A stretch of DNA of 26,362 nucleotides, from IMG/VR virus record IMGVR_UViG_3300027766_000002. One strand, given 5' to 3'. Made by a program: the position numbers and the translations under genes. The notes under the pieces were generated by a model. That model did no database searches and was not told the origin of the DNA. It saw only the letters and a list, made by a program, of their open reading frames with translations. Numbering within the stretch: the first letter of the stretch is position 1; the number at the start of each line of letters is the position of its first letter. Source of the DNA: a virus. Its lineage: Duplodnaviria; Heunggongvirae; Uroviricota; Caudoviricetes. Shown piece by piece: positions 9,201-18,176 of the stretch.

Positions 9201-10855
9201 AGAGTGCGCGTCAAAAGGCAATTAAAGCCAATGAGACGTGGATCGGAAGAGCGGAGCAGATGGCCGGCCAGTTGGGGTTGTCATCGAAAGCGAGCGTTGA
9301 GTTCGACCAGAACATTCAGGAAGTCACCAAGCACCTGACTGAGATGGCTAACGCAGTGCCAAGCGATACGCTTTCCAAAGGGATGATCGACAACGCCAAA
9401 ACCATGCTGGCGTTCATCAACCAGAACAAGGACGCCTATTCCAAGCGGCTGAATCAAGACGCTGCCGAACAGAGTATTGCCAAGTTCGCTCCGATGGCCA
9501 ACAAGGTGATCAGCTCAGGCTACACCCCGGATTATCAATCTACGGCGGCCGAGTGGAATAAGAAGTTTAACGAAAGCCTGGCTTACCTGCAGAGTCAGTC
9601 GAAGAACGCTCAAGACCAGGGCATGAAAGAGGTGTACGACCGTGCAATCTCACAAATGCTGGCTGGCCGAAATAAAGCGTTTATTGCAGAGGTTGGCACG
9701 TCTCAGCAGAAATTGGCGCAGGAGTACAGCGATGTAGCCTCGCAAATGGAATCTGTGTGGACGAGCTGCTTCGAAAATCTGACTGATAAGCTGACCGAGT
9801 TCGTCAAAACAGGCAAGTTCAGCATCGCTGATTTTGGCGATTACATCTTTGACGAAATGTTGAAGGTTAGCACCAAAGCACTGGTTGTTGAGCCGCTTAT
9901 GCAGTCGCTGGGCAAGGGTACAAACTCAGGAGCCAGTTGGGGCGATAAACTGTCGGGTGCCAAAGATGCGGTTATGGGGAGCTTCACTAAAACCCAGCAA
10001 TCAAGCTCGCCAGTTGAGGCAATGTCTTCACCAGCCAGCGCCGGTAACGACTCTGGCAGCATGTTTGATGGGCTAAAGAACTCCTTCAAGTCACTGACCA
10101 CATCCTTATCGGATCTGGCGTCATCAGGTTTGAAAAGCCTGAAAGATGGCTTCAACGAATTGACGGGCAGTACCAAAAACTCGACAACCGCGGTGACGCA
10201 AAATGCAGTCTCTACTCAAGAGGCGACATCTGCAACTCGTGGATTCACTTTGTCAGCAAGCACGGCTGTAACTGCGATCGGTGCGACGATTTCAGCGCTG
10301 GGCGCTGCTACAGGCAATAAGTGGATGGGGTATGTAGGGGCGGCCGCGAGCATTATGGGGTTGGCATCATCTGCGTATGGTGCGATGTCCTCTGCCGGTT
10401 GGACAGGAAACTCGGCCAGCACGGTGCAGGATGGAACCGAAGGTTTTCAGGTCAAGCCAAACGCCAATCAGTTTCAGGTGACGGCACACGCCAAGGGCGG
10501 GGTGTTCGGTCCAGACGGTGTGGTTCCTCTCAAAAAGTACGCCAAAGGCGGTATCGCCTCATCCCCGCAGCTGGCGTTGTTTGGCGAGGGCAGTCACAAA
10601 GAGGCGTATGTGCCACTCCCAGACGGGCGTTCGATCCCGGTGACGTTTACTGGCGGTGGCGAGGGTGCTGGCGGCGACAGTGTGGCGATTTCTATCACTG
10701 TTCAGAATTACGGTGACGGTAGCAGCAAGTCATCTGAGAACTCGGACAACGGCTCTCAGTGGAACGATATGGCTCGCAAAGTTAAGGCGGTCGTGCTTGA
10801 CACACTGACCGACGAAAGCAGACCGGGCGGCATGTTAAGCAGTACAAGCAAATAA
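6278..10855 (+). CDS. Tape measure protein, about 1525 aa
   Basis: Very long helical Ala/Gln/Lys-rich ORF, tape-measure motif (AKTAPFAMEALTDAFVKF...LRQQLGEAVP), C-terminal HAKGG...GEG.EAYVPL; AAGGGA SD, ATG 6278. Confidence 0.95.
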   Translation: MSDNVEFILSLDDKKFTAAIDRAGKLLVSFGEKATKPAQKIATLERSLGSVAGILGTLDKKLESVANGLQDLGAGFELVSKAMRDTRQELVAFNANLKTYTTRIDAADKATKGFHHSLQAVQSELSDFSDWANHAGRSASSFGHEVKQANTATSGMSTRLSNSSKKMENWAASSTKAATQMKKVVAEMDALINRQRELGNLRADVRGPGRGGSGGRSGRGGRHSSGGLMDGMRGNIFMLGEIGDAAYTVQQMLFGWQVPIVEAAAQMQKMRILLEGMNKEAANPKLAATNDMNYIVNMAKTAPFAMEALTDAFVKFKSAGIDPANGSLKSLVDSVARFGGDSELLKRAAVAIQQMSGKGVISMEELRQQLGEAVPTAMQAMADSAGVTMGQLTKAISTGTVSAKQGLELLFQGLDAQSRGAAENLMQAYSGALAQLQTSFTLFADRIGRAGYLESITKAFKELSSYMNSTDGKVFAQDLGEGLSTAVNALMDMAKWAERNKELLLTLGQTALALIGFKVLKGTVTGLATAGTQMGGSFKKAFEVVNGAGAKTISVIAGVVKTFRDLGGTAAMIIYVGEAIKMVRTAWLAFQAVIVANPVGAAITAIALAVGGLITVMSSLRDKTAETVAEIRKIPEAMTAAQRSQMTARIKQLESQNSGDQQTLDAMKSGGLSSSAIGVDQKALQSRLEANKKELAQLKETVGMGDKAQYENLARDIVTKRLEDVDNGIKAGMAQYSTTTLKDARNKRTVLSQDQKMSPSEKSAQLEAINAADRDAHLKPFLDGADKTQKIVDSLGQEVVRITKLLENPNLNDSDRSRLQGQLNGQSQAYNTAQESLSSLQGQIKNIREQSGKGLQMLDGSYYTGVGGTKKQDDRLNSLFVNSQLGTGKQTRMNPDGTIMRDIAGDAVKGDAQLKANTKLRSIYGETIKMEQLTADQREKISSILTAAKLKDEQKAQRAAERAGKSAESAAKREESARQKAIKANETWIGRAEQMAGQLGLSSKASVEFDQNIQEVTKHLTEMANAVPSDTLSKGMIDNAKTMLAFINQNKDAYSKRLNQDAAEQSIAKFAPMANKVISSGYTPDYQSTAAEWNKKFNESLAYLQSQSKNAQDQGMKEVYDRAISQMLAGRNKAFIAEVGTSQQKLAQEYSDVASQMESVWTSCFENLTDKLTEFVKTGKFSIADFGDYIFDEMLKVSTKALVVEPLMQSLGKGTNSGASWGDKLSGAKDAVMGSFTKTQQSSSPVEAMSSPASAGNDSGSMFDGLKNSFKSLTTSLSDLASSGLKSLKDGFNELTGSTKNSTTAVTQNAVSTQEATSATRGFTLSASTAVTAIGATISALGAATGNKWMGYVGAAASIMGLASSAYGAMSSAGWTGNSASTVQDGTEGFQVKPNANQFQVTAHAKGGVFGPDGVVPLKKYAKGGIASSPQLALFGEGSHKEAYVPLPDGRSIPVTFTGGGEGAGGDSVAISITVQNYGDGSSKSSENSDNGSQWNDMARKVKAVVLDTLTDESRPGGMLSSTSK

Positions 10856-10865
10856 GGAGTGGGGA

Positions 10866-11198
10866 ATGTCACGGACGACATTTACCTGGTTCCCGTTGTT
10901 TGATTCCGAGAAGGAGGTGAAGCCGGAAGTAACCCGGCTCGCCTTCAACGAAGGGTATGAGCAACGTGTAACCAGTGGTTTGAACTGGCGCAAATCCAGC
11001 TGGGATCTGCAATTCCAGGGTACACGAACTGAGATGCAGGAGATCGACGACTTCCTGTATGCGCGCGGCGGGGTGGAATCATTTGACTGGATTTCACCAA
11101 ACGGGCAGAAGGTTGTCGTGGTGAGCGATAGCCATAAGGTCAAAAACTCACGAGGGTACGCGACCTTGACCACAACTTTCCGCCAAGTATTTGAGTAA
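10866..11198 (+). CDS. Distal tail protein (lambda gpM-like)
   Basis: 110 aa; F.EGYEQR...GLN and FL.ARGGVESFDW motifs of gpM; follows the tape measure. Confidence 0.85.
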   Translation: MSRTTFTWFPLFDSEKEVKPEVTRLAFNEGYEQRVTSGLNWRKSSWDLQFQGTRTEMQEIDDFLYARGGVESFDWISPNGQKVVVVSDSHKVKNSRGYATLTTTFRQVFE

Positions 11199-11202
11199 CA
11201 AA

Positions 11203-11240
11203 AGCCCTCCAAGGATGGGGGGCTAATATTCAAGGATGAA
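11203..11240 (+). promoter_or_regulatory. Tandem CAAGGATG hairpins upstream of the gpL-like gene (CsrA-type sites)
   Basis: AGCCCTCC-AAGGAT-GGGGGGCT (11203-11224, no U tract) and TTC-AAGGAT-GAA (11229-11240). Confidence 0.6.
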
Positions 11241-11248
11241 GATAGAAA

Positions 11249-11947
11249 ATGGAAACTATTGTATCGAGTATTCAGTCGCTCCAACCGAGTGCGCTGATTG
11301 AAGTGTTTGAGCTGGATATGTCAGTAACTACCAGCGGTGGGAAGCTGTATTTTCATGCAGGCACCAACGAACTTTCTGAACCAATTATCTGGCAGGGGGT
11401 AACCTATAAACCATGGCCAATTGCGGCATCTGGTTTCGATAAAAATGGCCAGGGCAAGTTACCGCGACCAAAACTGCAGGTGAGTAACCTCGATGGAATT
11501 ATTTCGGCTGAAGTGCAGTCGAATGAGGATTTGATCGGCTGTAAGCTGATTCGTCGAGTCACGCTCGCTCGATTTTTAGATGCTGCCAACTTTACTGAGG
11601 GCAACCCAACAGCTGACGCGAACCAGCATTTTGCCGATGAGATGTGGTACATCGACCAAAAGACTTTTGAGGATCGGGAGATTGTTGAGTTTGAGCTTGC
11701 CTCAGCCTTCGATCTGATGGGGGTTATGCTACCCAACCGCCAGATCGTCAAAAACTCATGCCAGTGGCAGTATCGAAGCGCTGAGTGCGGTTATACCGGT
11801 CCCTACTTTGACAAAAATGACGCTCCAACCAAACTGGCCAGCGCCGACTATTGCACCAAACGATTGTCATCGTGCCGTGCTCGGATTAATTACTTTGCCA
11901 ATGGCATCATTGCGTTTGGCGGGTTCCCCGGAGCAAACCGCGCATGA
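11249..11947 (+). CDS. Tail tip protein (lambda gpL-like)
   Basis: 232 aa; LPRPKLQVSNL motif and C-terminal cysteines (CQWQYRSAECGY...DYCTKRLSSC...FGGFPG) of the gpL Fe-S site. Confidence 0.92.
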   Translation: METIVSSIQSLQPSALIEVFELDMSVTTSGGKLYFHAGTNELSEPIIWQGVTYKPWPIAASGFDKNGQGKLPRPKLQVSNLDGIISAEVQSNEDLIGCKLIRRVTLARFLDAANFTEGNPTADANQHFADEMWYIDQKTFEDREIVEFELASAFDLMGVMLPNRQIVKNSCQWQYRSAECGYTGPYFDKNDAPTKLASADYCTKRLSSCRARINYFANGIIAFGGFPGANRA

Positions 11948-12720
11948 TGAAAAATGAAATGATGAATGAAAAGCTGCTTGGCGCTATGCGCCTTGCCGCT
12001 TTACAGGAATATCCGAATGAGGCTTGCGGCCTGCTTATTAATACGAGAGCGAATAAGTATGAGTTAATTATTTGCCGAAACGTCGCTGATGATCCTGAAA
12101 ACTATTTTGTCATGCACGCCGAAGACCAAATTGCAGCTGAGAAAGCTGGCGAGGTGGTGGGCGTTTGGCATTCGCATACTGACGAGGACAATCAGGCGTC
12201 TGAGGCAGATGTGTCTGGTTGTGAAGCCTCAGAGTTGCCGTGGTTTATTATCAACATCAGCAAAAATTACAATCCTGAAATTGATGCAGAGTTTCGTTTT
12301 AGTGATGTAAATGTGATCAAGCCATCTGGATTTGAAATGCCTTATGAGGGAAGACCTTACGCATTCGGGGTATTTGATTGCTGGTTGCTGTGCCGAGATT
12401 ATTTAAAGCGAGAGAAAAATGTGGCTATTGGCGTCTGCCCCGAGTTGCATATCCCATCGTGGTGGGAAAAGGGGGTTGATATTTTAAACGACAACTTCCA
12501 ATCACAGGATCTTGTAAGATTACCACCGGGAACCCCACGTCAAAATGGCGACATTTTCTTCATGCAGTTAGCATCGCAAGTTCCTGATCACTGTGCAGTT
12601 TACATTGGCGATGGTATGATATTGCATCATCAAATGGATAGATTGAGCTGTAAAGCAATTTATGGCGGGATGTACGAAAAGCACACTACGCACCATTTGA
12701 GACACAAGGATTTAATGTGA
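11944..12720 (+). CDS. Tail tip assembly protein (lambda gpK-like; JAB/MPN plus NlpC/P60)
   Basis: YPNEACG and VWHSHT (JAB) plus FDCW...HCAVYIGDGMILHH (NlpC/P60); ATGA overlap with L. Confidence 0.92.
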   Translation: MMKNEMMNEKLLGAMRLAALQEYPNEACGLLINTRANKYELIICRNVADDPENYFVMHAEDQIAAEKAGEVVGVWHSHTDEDNQASEADVSGCEASELPWFIINISKNYNPEIDAEFRFSDVNVIKPSGFEMPYEGRPYAFGVFDCWLLCRDYLKREKNVAIGVCPELHIPSWWEKGVDILNDNFQSQDLVRLPPGTPRQNGDIFFMQLASQVPDHCAVYIGDGMILHHQMDRLSCKAIYGGMYEKHTTHHLRHKDLM

Positions 12721-12729
12721 GGGAAGACA

Positions 12730-13359
12730 ATGAGTGAAATGGCTATGGATAAGCCTGAACTTGTCACTGTCGAATTAGGTGGAGTTTTAGGTAAAAATTT
12801 TGGCAAGGTTCATCGCGTTGCTGCAAATACTGTCCGGCGCGCAGTAACTATTATTGACTGTAATCGCCCTGGTCTCGTAACCTGGATGAAGATGAACGCT
12901 AAGAAATATCAGAAGTATCATATTTCTGTCGAGCGTCATGATGGTGCAGTCTACGATATGAGCGAAGCCGAGTTCCAAATGGAAAATAACGGCAGCATGA
13001 AGTCGATCAGAATCACGCCAATTTATCGTGGCTCTGGCTCAAAGGTTGTCGGTGCAGTTCAGGTTGTTGTTGGTGTTATTTTGATGGTAGTGTCGGTGGT
13101 CGCAACTTCAGTAACCGGTGGTGCTTCATTGGCAATGTTTTCTGCTGGTTTTGCTATGGCCTTCGGTGGTGTCGCAGCGCTCTTATCCAAGCAGCCATCA
13201 AATAAAATGACGACCGTTGATAATAATGAATCGTACTACTTTGATGGGCCGCAAAATACAGTATCTCAAGGCAACCCCGTACAGCTCATTTACGGTAAAG
13301 AGATTTTAGTCGGCTCCCAGATTGTCAGCGTCAAGATGTCTGTTGAGCAGATGCTTTAG
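12730..13359 (+). CDS. Tail assembly protein (lambda gpI-like)
   Basis: L.G.LG..FG N-terminus, hydrophobic Gly/Ala middle, YFDGPQNTVSQGNPVQLIYG C-terminal motif. Confidence 0.9.
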   Translation: MSEMAMDKPELVTVELGGVLGKNFGKVHRVAANTVRRAVTIIDCNRPGLVTWMKMNAKKYQKYHISVERHDGAVYDMSEAEFQMENNGSMKSIRITPIYRGSGSKVVGAVQVVVGVILMVVSVVATSVTGGASLAMFSAGFAMAFGGVAALLSKQPSNKMTTVDNNESYYFDGPQNTVSQGNPVQLIYGKEILVGSQIVSVKMSVEQML

Positions 13360-13423
13360 TGCATAACCACTACGCAGGCTTAGACATTTGCGGTGGTGGC
13401 TAAGGTAGATTAAGTAAAACAGT

Positions 13424-13475
13424 TGGGCATCGACAGGAGGTTGATGCCCAGCCATGCGCCGGCAGGATGCCAGCG
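13424..13475 (+). promoter_or_regulatory. Two CsrB-like GGA-loop hairpins in the I-J intergenic region
   Basis: TGGGCATCGAC-AGGAG-GTTGATGCCCA (11-bp stem) and CGCCGGC-AGGAT-GCCAGCG. Confidence 0.6.
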
Positions 13476-13511
13476 ATCACACATAAATTGCACCAAAAAG
13501 GGAGATTTTCG

Positions 13512-16500
13512 GTGGCAACTGTTAAAGAAAGACGCCTGCTCGCCGGTTCTGGCGGTGGCAGCAAGGGCGGCGGTTCCGCGCGCACGCCTGTAGAAGATAA
13601 AGATAATGTTCAGTCGCGATCACTCGCCTCAATCCTTGACCTTCTTGGTGAGGGAAAGATTGGTGGATTGATCAATGGCGGCCAGTCAATTTTCCTCGAC
13701 AATGTCCCAATTCTTAACCCGGACGGCACCAGTAACTTCAATGGTGTAACCTGGTGGTTTCGTGATGGGACACAGAATCAGGCAGTGATCGAGGGCTTTG
13801 ATTCGGTTGAAACCCCGCATGATGTTGGCGTTCAAATCAAGCTATCTACACCTCGCACCATTCAGATCGACAACGATGATTCTGATCAGGTGCGTGTCAT
13901 TATGATGTTCCCGAAGCTGACTAAAACGGATCAGAAGTCGGGCGACACCCACGGCACGACCGTTCAGTTCCAGTTTGAGATCGCATACGGCGCTAACTCG
14001 TTTAAACCAATTAAACCTCAAGGTTATGCCTCACATGTCGTTACGCTGAGCAAAAAGTCCAGCGGCAAACACTATCGTGAGTATCTCTTTGATCTGCCCA
14101 AGCCAGGCTCAAATTATCGCATTCGCGTAAGCCGCGTGACCGCTGATAGCACCACTGACTATATCCAAGATCAGACCTGGCTCAGTCAGTACGGTGAAAT
14201 CGTCAGTACAAAACTTAACTACCCGAACAGTGCGCTTGTTGGTCTTAAAATCGACTCGCAGCAATTTGGTAGTTCTGTGCCGGCGCGTTCCTACTTGGTC
14301 TCGGGTATGGAAATCCGCGTTCCGTCCAACTATGACCCGGTGCTTGGTACGTATTCGGGAGATTGGGATGGAACCTTCCGTTTAATGGTTTCTGAAAATC
14401 CTGCCTGGATTTTGTACGACCTGCTCACCAGTAAGCGCTATGGCCTGGGGGAGTATGTCACTGAATCAATGATCAACATCGGACAGCTTTACCAGATTGG
14501 GCGCTATTGCGATGAGCTGATCAATGATGGATTCGGGGGTAAGGAGAAGCGCTTCGCAATTAACACCGTAATTAACTCACGCGGTGAGGCGTACAAGGTT
14601 CTTCAGGACATCGTATCGACTTTCCGAGGGATGATTTTCTGGGCTGGTGGCATGGTTAATATCATGCAAGATAGCCCAAGTAGCCCGGTCATGCAGTTCA
14701 GTGCCGCGAACATCATTGGCAAAGTATCCTATAAAGGCTCTTCTCGCAAAGACCGCGCAACAGTAGCTCTCATCACCTACAACGACAAAGATGACCTGTA
14801 CAAGCAGAACATTGAGTACGTTGAAGATGAAGAGGGTATTAAGCGTTTTGGTGTACGTAAAACTGAATCATTAGCTTTCGGCTGTACAAGCCGTGGCCAG
14901 GCTCACCGTGTGGGGCTTTGGACGCTTTACAGCAACCGCATGGAAACAGATCTTATCACCTTCACTTCTGGTATGGACGCATCTTTACTCATGCCTGGCG
15001 AGCTGGTGAAACTGCAAGATAAGTTCCGATCAGGGAAACGAAATTCCGGGCGTCTGGTGAACTACACCAAAAACAGCATCACACTTGACGCTTCTGTAAA
15101 ACTGACTAAAGCCGGGAATACCGTCTCTTTCCTGAGTGCTAAAGGGAAGATGATTGATCGCGACCTTATTGAAGGCGCTGGCGAATACTCTGTTGTCACC
15201 TTTAAGAAGGCATTAACTGAAGAAGAATACCCTGCGATTATGGGGATCTGGTCAGTCATTGAGCCTAATCTGGAGCCAATGCTACTACGTGTGCTGGCCG
15301 TTAACCAGAATGAAGAGAAGGGTGCCTTTGACATCGTTGGTGTGCAGCACAACCCAACGAAGTTTGCCGCAATCGATGAAGGGGCGACTCTCGTTCCGTC
15401 GAAGACGACCATTCTCGATCCAACTTTCTCAACTCCTGAAAACCTGCAGGTAACCGAAGGCACATATGTTTCTTCTCCAGGCAACCTTTCGGTAAAAATG
15501 ATGGTGAGTTGGGAGGGCAAGTCGCCTTCCTATGTGCTGCGTTACCGTCGTTCCGATGTTGTTGAAGATTGGGTTACAACAGAGGTTAAGACAGAGCAGT
15601 TCGACATTTTAAACGCTGCTGAGAATGGCATGTATGACATCGAGCTGTACTCGATTTCAGTCACGGGCAGACGTTCCAGCGTCATTTCCATGGTGTACAC
15701 CACTCTTGGAACGATGACGCCACCAGATGCGCCCACGCTTCTCACTGCGATCGGAGATTATCGCGTCAACGTTCTGGCATGGCAGTTGCCGGGCACAATC
15801 GATATCGACAAAATTAACGTTTATGCCTCTCGCACCAACGATCTCACCACCGCGTCTCTTATTGCGGCGGTTGCCTCAACGACATTTACTCATAGCGGGC
15901 TGGGCGATGACGAAACTTGGTTTTATTGGGTGCGCGCAGTAAATAAGCGCGGAATGCTGAGCCAGCCAAACTCTTCCCTCGGCACCGAGGCTACCACCAA
16001 AGATGTTCTGTCGTTCCTGAAGAACAAGATTACTTCTTCTGAGCTTGGGCAGGATCTTCTGGCTGACATCAACCAATCAGCGACAAAAGAAGCTGTTGAA
16101 GAAGTTAGTAAGAAGATCGACGAAAGTGTGGGTGAACTGCATAAAACGGTCGATGAGATTGAGCTGTCTGTCACAGGTGTTAAGCAGTCAGTTACCGACA
16201 TGCAAAACTCATTCGACGGCATGGAGAAAGAACAAAGTGATTTGAAGGTCAACGTTCAGGACACGGCAGATAAAGTCAGCCAGGCGCTAGATGAAGTAGA
16301 CGATGCCGCCGCCAGTATTTTAGCTCTTAAAGAGACCGTTAAGAAGCAGGGTGAGTCCGTTGCCAGCACTCTCGATGCGACACAGGCAGCTTTGGACGAT
16401 AGTAAAACGCTAATCGCCGAAGAGAGACAGGCTCGTGTTGATGGTGATGCAGCGATCGGCAAAAAAGTTGACACCATGCAGTCAGTGGTGGACACCGGCC

Positions 16501-17999
16501 AGGCCAATATTGATGAAATGAAACAGACGGTGGCCGGCGTCGAGCAAACAGCATCGCAATGGTCAACGAGTTTGGAGGCAAATGCTAAAGCGAACATCGA
16601 TCTGGCACTTCGTCAGGAAGAAGACAAAAAGCAGCAGGCATCAACTAATGCATCGGTGACCACCAGCCAGCAGGCTTTGGCAGACTCTGTTTCATCGGTG
16701 GCCAAGCGTGTCGATGAGATGAAAGCTGAAATCGGTGATGACATCGCCGCGCAGTTGCAGGAAGAAAGGGAAACTCGCGCCAGCGCTGATGAGGCGGTCA
16801 GTACCCAAATCACCCAGCTGAAGGCACAAGTTAACGATGATGTTAAAGCATCGCTGGCAACCGAGCAGCAGGCTCGTGCTGACGCTGATAGCGCTTTGTC
16901 GAAAAAGGTCACAAATCTGCAGTCGCAGGTTAATACTGACGTTAAAGCGCAGATCGCAGCGGAGGCCAAAACGCGCGCGGATAAAGACAGCGCCTTATCA
17001 AGCCAAATTACTGCACTTAGCGCGCAGGTTAATGACGATGTGACCGCCCAGATCGCAACTGAGTCGAAGGCACGAACTGATGGTGACACCGCAATAAGTA
17101 CCAAAGTTGATAAGCTGGCAACCAAAACTACCAGTGACATCAAAGCAGCGGTAGCATCGGAGACCAAAGCTAGAACTGACGGTGATTCAGCACTCAGCAG
17201 CCAAATTAGCCTTCTTAAGACGCAAACGGCAGCAGATATTAAAGCCGCTGTAGCTACTGAGACGAAAGCCCGCACTAATGCCGATACTGCGCTGGGAAGC
17301 CAGATTACGTCCCTAAAAACGCAGACTGCGGCTGATATTAAAGCGGCTGTTGCCACAGAGACCAGGGCTCGTTCAAATGCCGATTCGGCTATGGCCAGTG
17401 ACATCACCGCGCTTAAATCCAGAGCCGGCAAGCTTGAGTCATCGGTCACCTCTGAACAGACAGCGCGCGCTAATGCCGATACAGCATTGGGCAAGCGAGT
17501 TGATACGGTCAGTGCCAAAGCTGATTCGGTGTCATCTACCGTTCAGCAAACTTCTCAAGCCGTGGCTAATGTGAACTCTAAGGTTTCTGCATCTTGGACA
17601 TTAAAGATGGAGACATCCACCTCAAATGGCCAGAAGTATGCTGCTGGCATGGCGCTAGGGATCGACGGATCAGGGCTGTCGCAGTTCCTAATCCGCGCTG
17701 ACCGCTTCGGGTTGGTTAACTCCGTCGATGGCAAGGTGACTACGCCATTTGTTGTGCAAAATAGTGTTGCCTACATGAATGGCGCATACATTAAAGACGG
17801 CACAATCGTGAATGCCAAAATTGGTGATTTGCAGTCCACTAACTACGTTTCGGGAAGGACTGGTTGGCGAATTGCAAAAGGAGGTGCCTTCGAGATGAAT
17901 GGCAACAGCGGAAGCACCGGCCGCATGGTGATCAACAATAACCGAATCGAAGTGTATGACGAGAATGGCCGCCTTCGAGTTCGGATGGGATTGATGTAA
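13512..17999 (+). CDS. Central tail fibre/tip attachment protein (lambda gpJ-like), about 1495 aa
   Basis: GTG at 13512 with AAGGGAG SD; gpJ motifs (LNYPNSALVG, NPAWILYDLLT..RYGLG, FGCTSRGQAHRVG), FN3-like domain, coiled-coil repeats, DUF1983-like C-terminus (YAAGMALG...SQFLIRADRF). Confidence 0.93.
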   Translation: MATVKERRLLAGSGGGSKGGGSARTPVEDKDNVQSRSLASILDLLGEGKIGGLINGGQSIFLDNVPILNPDGTSNFNGVTWWFRDGTQNQAVIEGFDSVETPHDVGVQIKLSTPRTIQIDNDDSDQVRVIMMFPKLTKTDQKSGDTHGTTVQFQFEIAYGANSFKPIKPQGYASHVVTLSKKSSGKHYREYLFDLPKPGSNYRIRVSRVTADSTTDYIQDQTWLSQYGEIVSTKLNYPNSALVGLKIDSQQFGSSVPARSYLVSGMEIRVPSNYDPVLGTYSGDWDGTFRLMVSENPAWILYDLLTSKRYGLGEYVTESMINIGQLYQIGRYCDELINDGFGGKEKRFAINTVINSRGEAYKVLQDIVSTFRGMIFWAGGMVNIMQDSPSSPVMQFSAANIIGKVSYKGSSRKDRATVALITYNDKDDLYKQNIEYVEDEEGIKRFGVRKTESLAFGCTSRGQAHRVGLWTLYSNRMETDLITFTSGMDASLLMPGELVKLQDKFRSGKRNSGRLVNYTKNSITLDASVKLTKAGNTVSFLSAKGKMIDRDLIEGAGEYSVVTFKKALTEEEYPAIMGIWSVIEPNLEPMLLRVLAVNQNEEKGAFDIVGVQHNPTKFAAIDEGATLVPSKTTILDPTFSTPENLQVTEGTYVSSPGNLSVKMMVSWEGKSPSYVLRYRRSDVVEDWVTTEVKTEQFDILNAAENGMYDIELYSISVTGRRSSVISMVYTTLGTMTPPDAPTLLTAIGDYRVNVLAWQLPGTIDIDKINVYASRTNDLTTASLIAAVASTTFTHSGLGDDETWFYWVRAVNKRGMLSQPNSSLGTEATTKDVLSFLKNKITSSELGQDLLADINQSATKEAVEEVSKKIDESVGELHKTVDEIELSVTGVKQSVTDMQNSFDGMEKEQSDLKVNVQDTADKVSQALDEVDDAAASILALKETVKKQGESVASTLDATQAALDDSKTLIAEERQARVDGDAAIGKKVDTMQSVVDTGQANIDEMKQTVAGVEQTASQWSTSLEANAKANIDLALRQEEDKKQQASTNASVTTSQQALADSVSSVAKRVDEMKAEIGDDIAAQLQEERETRASADEAVSTQITQLKAQVNDDVKASLATEQQARADADSALSKKVTNLQSQVNTDVKAQIAAEAKTRADKDSALSSQITALSAQVNDDVTAQIATESKARTDGDTAISTKVDKLATKTTSDIKAAVASETKARTDGDSALSSQISLLKTQTAADIKAAVATETKARTNADTALGSQITSLKTQTAADIKAAVATETRARSNADSAMASDITALKSRAGKLESSVTSEQTARANADTALGKRVDTVSAKADSVSSTVQQTSQAVANVNSKVSASWTLKMETSTSNGQKYAAGMALGIDGSGLSQFLIRADRFGLVNSVDGKVTTPFVVQNSVAYMNGAYIKDGTIVNAKIGDLQSTNYVSGRTGWRIAKGGAFEMNGNSGSTGRMVINNNRIEVYDENGRLRVRMGLM
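16764..17519 (+). repeat. About 8 tandem 33-aa (99-nt) coiled-coil repeats inside gpJ
   Basis: Units E..AR..AD.AL...I..L begin at 16764, 16863, 16962, 17061, 17160, 17259, 17358 and 17454. Confidence 0.9.
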
Positions 18000-18004
18000 T
18001 AAGT

Positions 18005-18032
18005 TTGCCCTGAATTTATCGGGGCAATCTTT
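18005..18032 (+). terminator. Probable terminator after gpJ
   Basis: TTGCCCTGA-ATTTA-TCGGGGCAA then TCTTT. Confidence 0.6.
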
Positions 18033-18101
18033 ACCGTTATTCAAAAGCTATGAAAATCATGGTCTTTTATGTTGATACTCTCGCAAAAATAAGTAACCAT
18101 C

Positions 18102-18173
18102 TACCTACTTTTGTAAATGCGCAGGAGCGTAGTTTAACCGCCGAAGCAAGGAATGCTGACGCGTTAAGGAGAA
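18102..18173 (+). promoter_or_regulatory. Tail-fibre leader: TACCTACTTTTG box and three GGA sites (two in hairpin loops, one the SD)
   Basis: TGCGC-AGGA-GCGTA (18118-18131), AGCA-AGGAA-TGCT (18145-18157), TAAGGAG (18165-18171). Confidence 0.55.
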
Positions 18174-18176
18174 AAT

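Noticed and set aside
13467-13511. ORF-track ATG start for gpJ
   Set aside because: It lies in a hairpin, and the extension contains the AAGGGAG SD correctly spaced for GTG 13512.
239-16597. Numerous other minus-strand and alternate-frame ORFs in the track (e.g. 239-700, 894-1328, 5061-5555, 8339-8755, 10835-11284, 15062-15520)
   Set aside because: They fully overlap well-supported plus-strand virion genes and show no recognisable motifs or initiation signals.
16613-17518. 301-aa minus-strand ORF
   Set aside because: Coincides with the gpJ repeat array; antisense shadow.
16764-17519. Regularly spaced repeats considered as a CRISPR array or iterons
   Set aside because: Repeats are degenerate at DNA level, in-frame and conserved as protein; no repeat-spacer structure.
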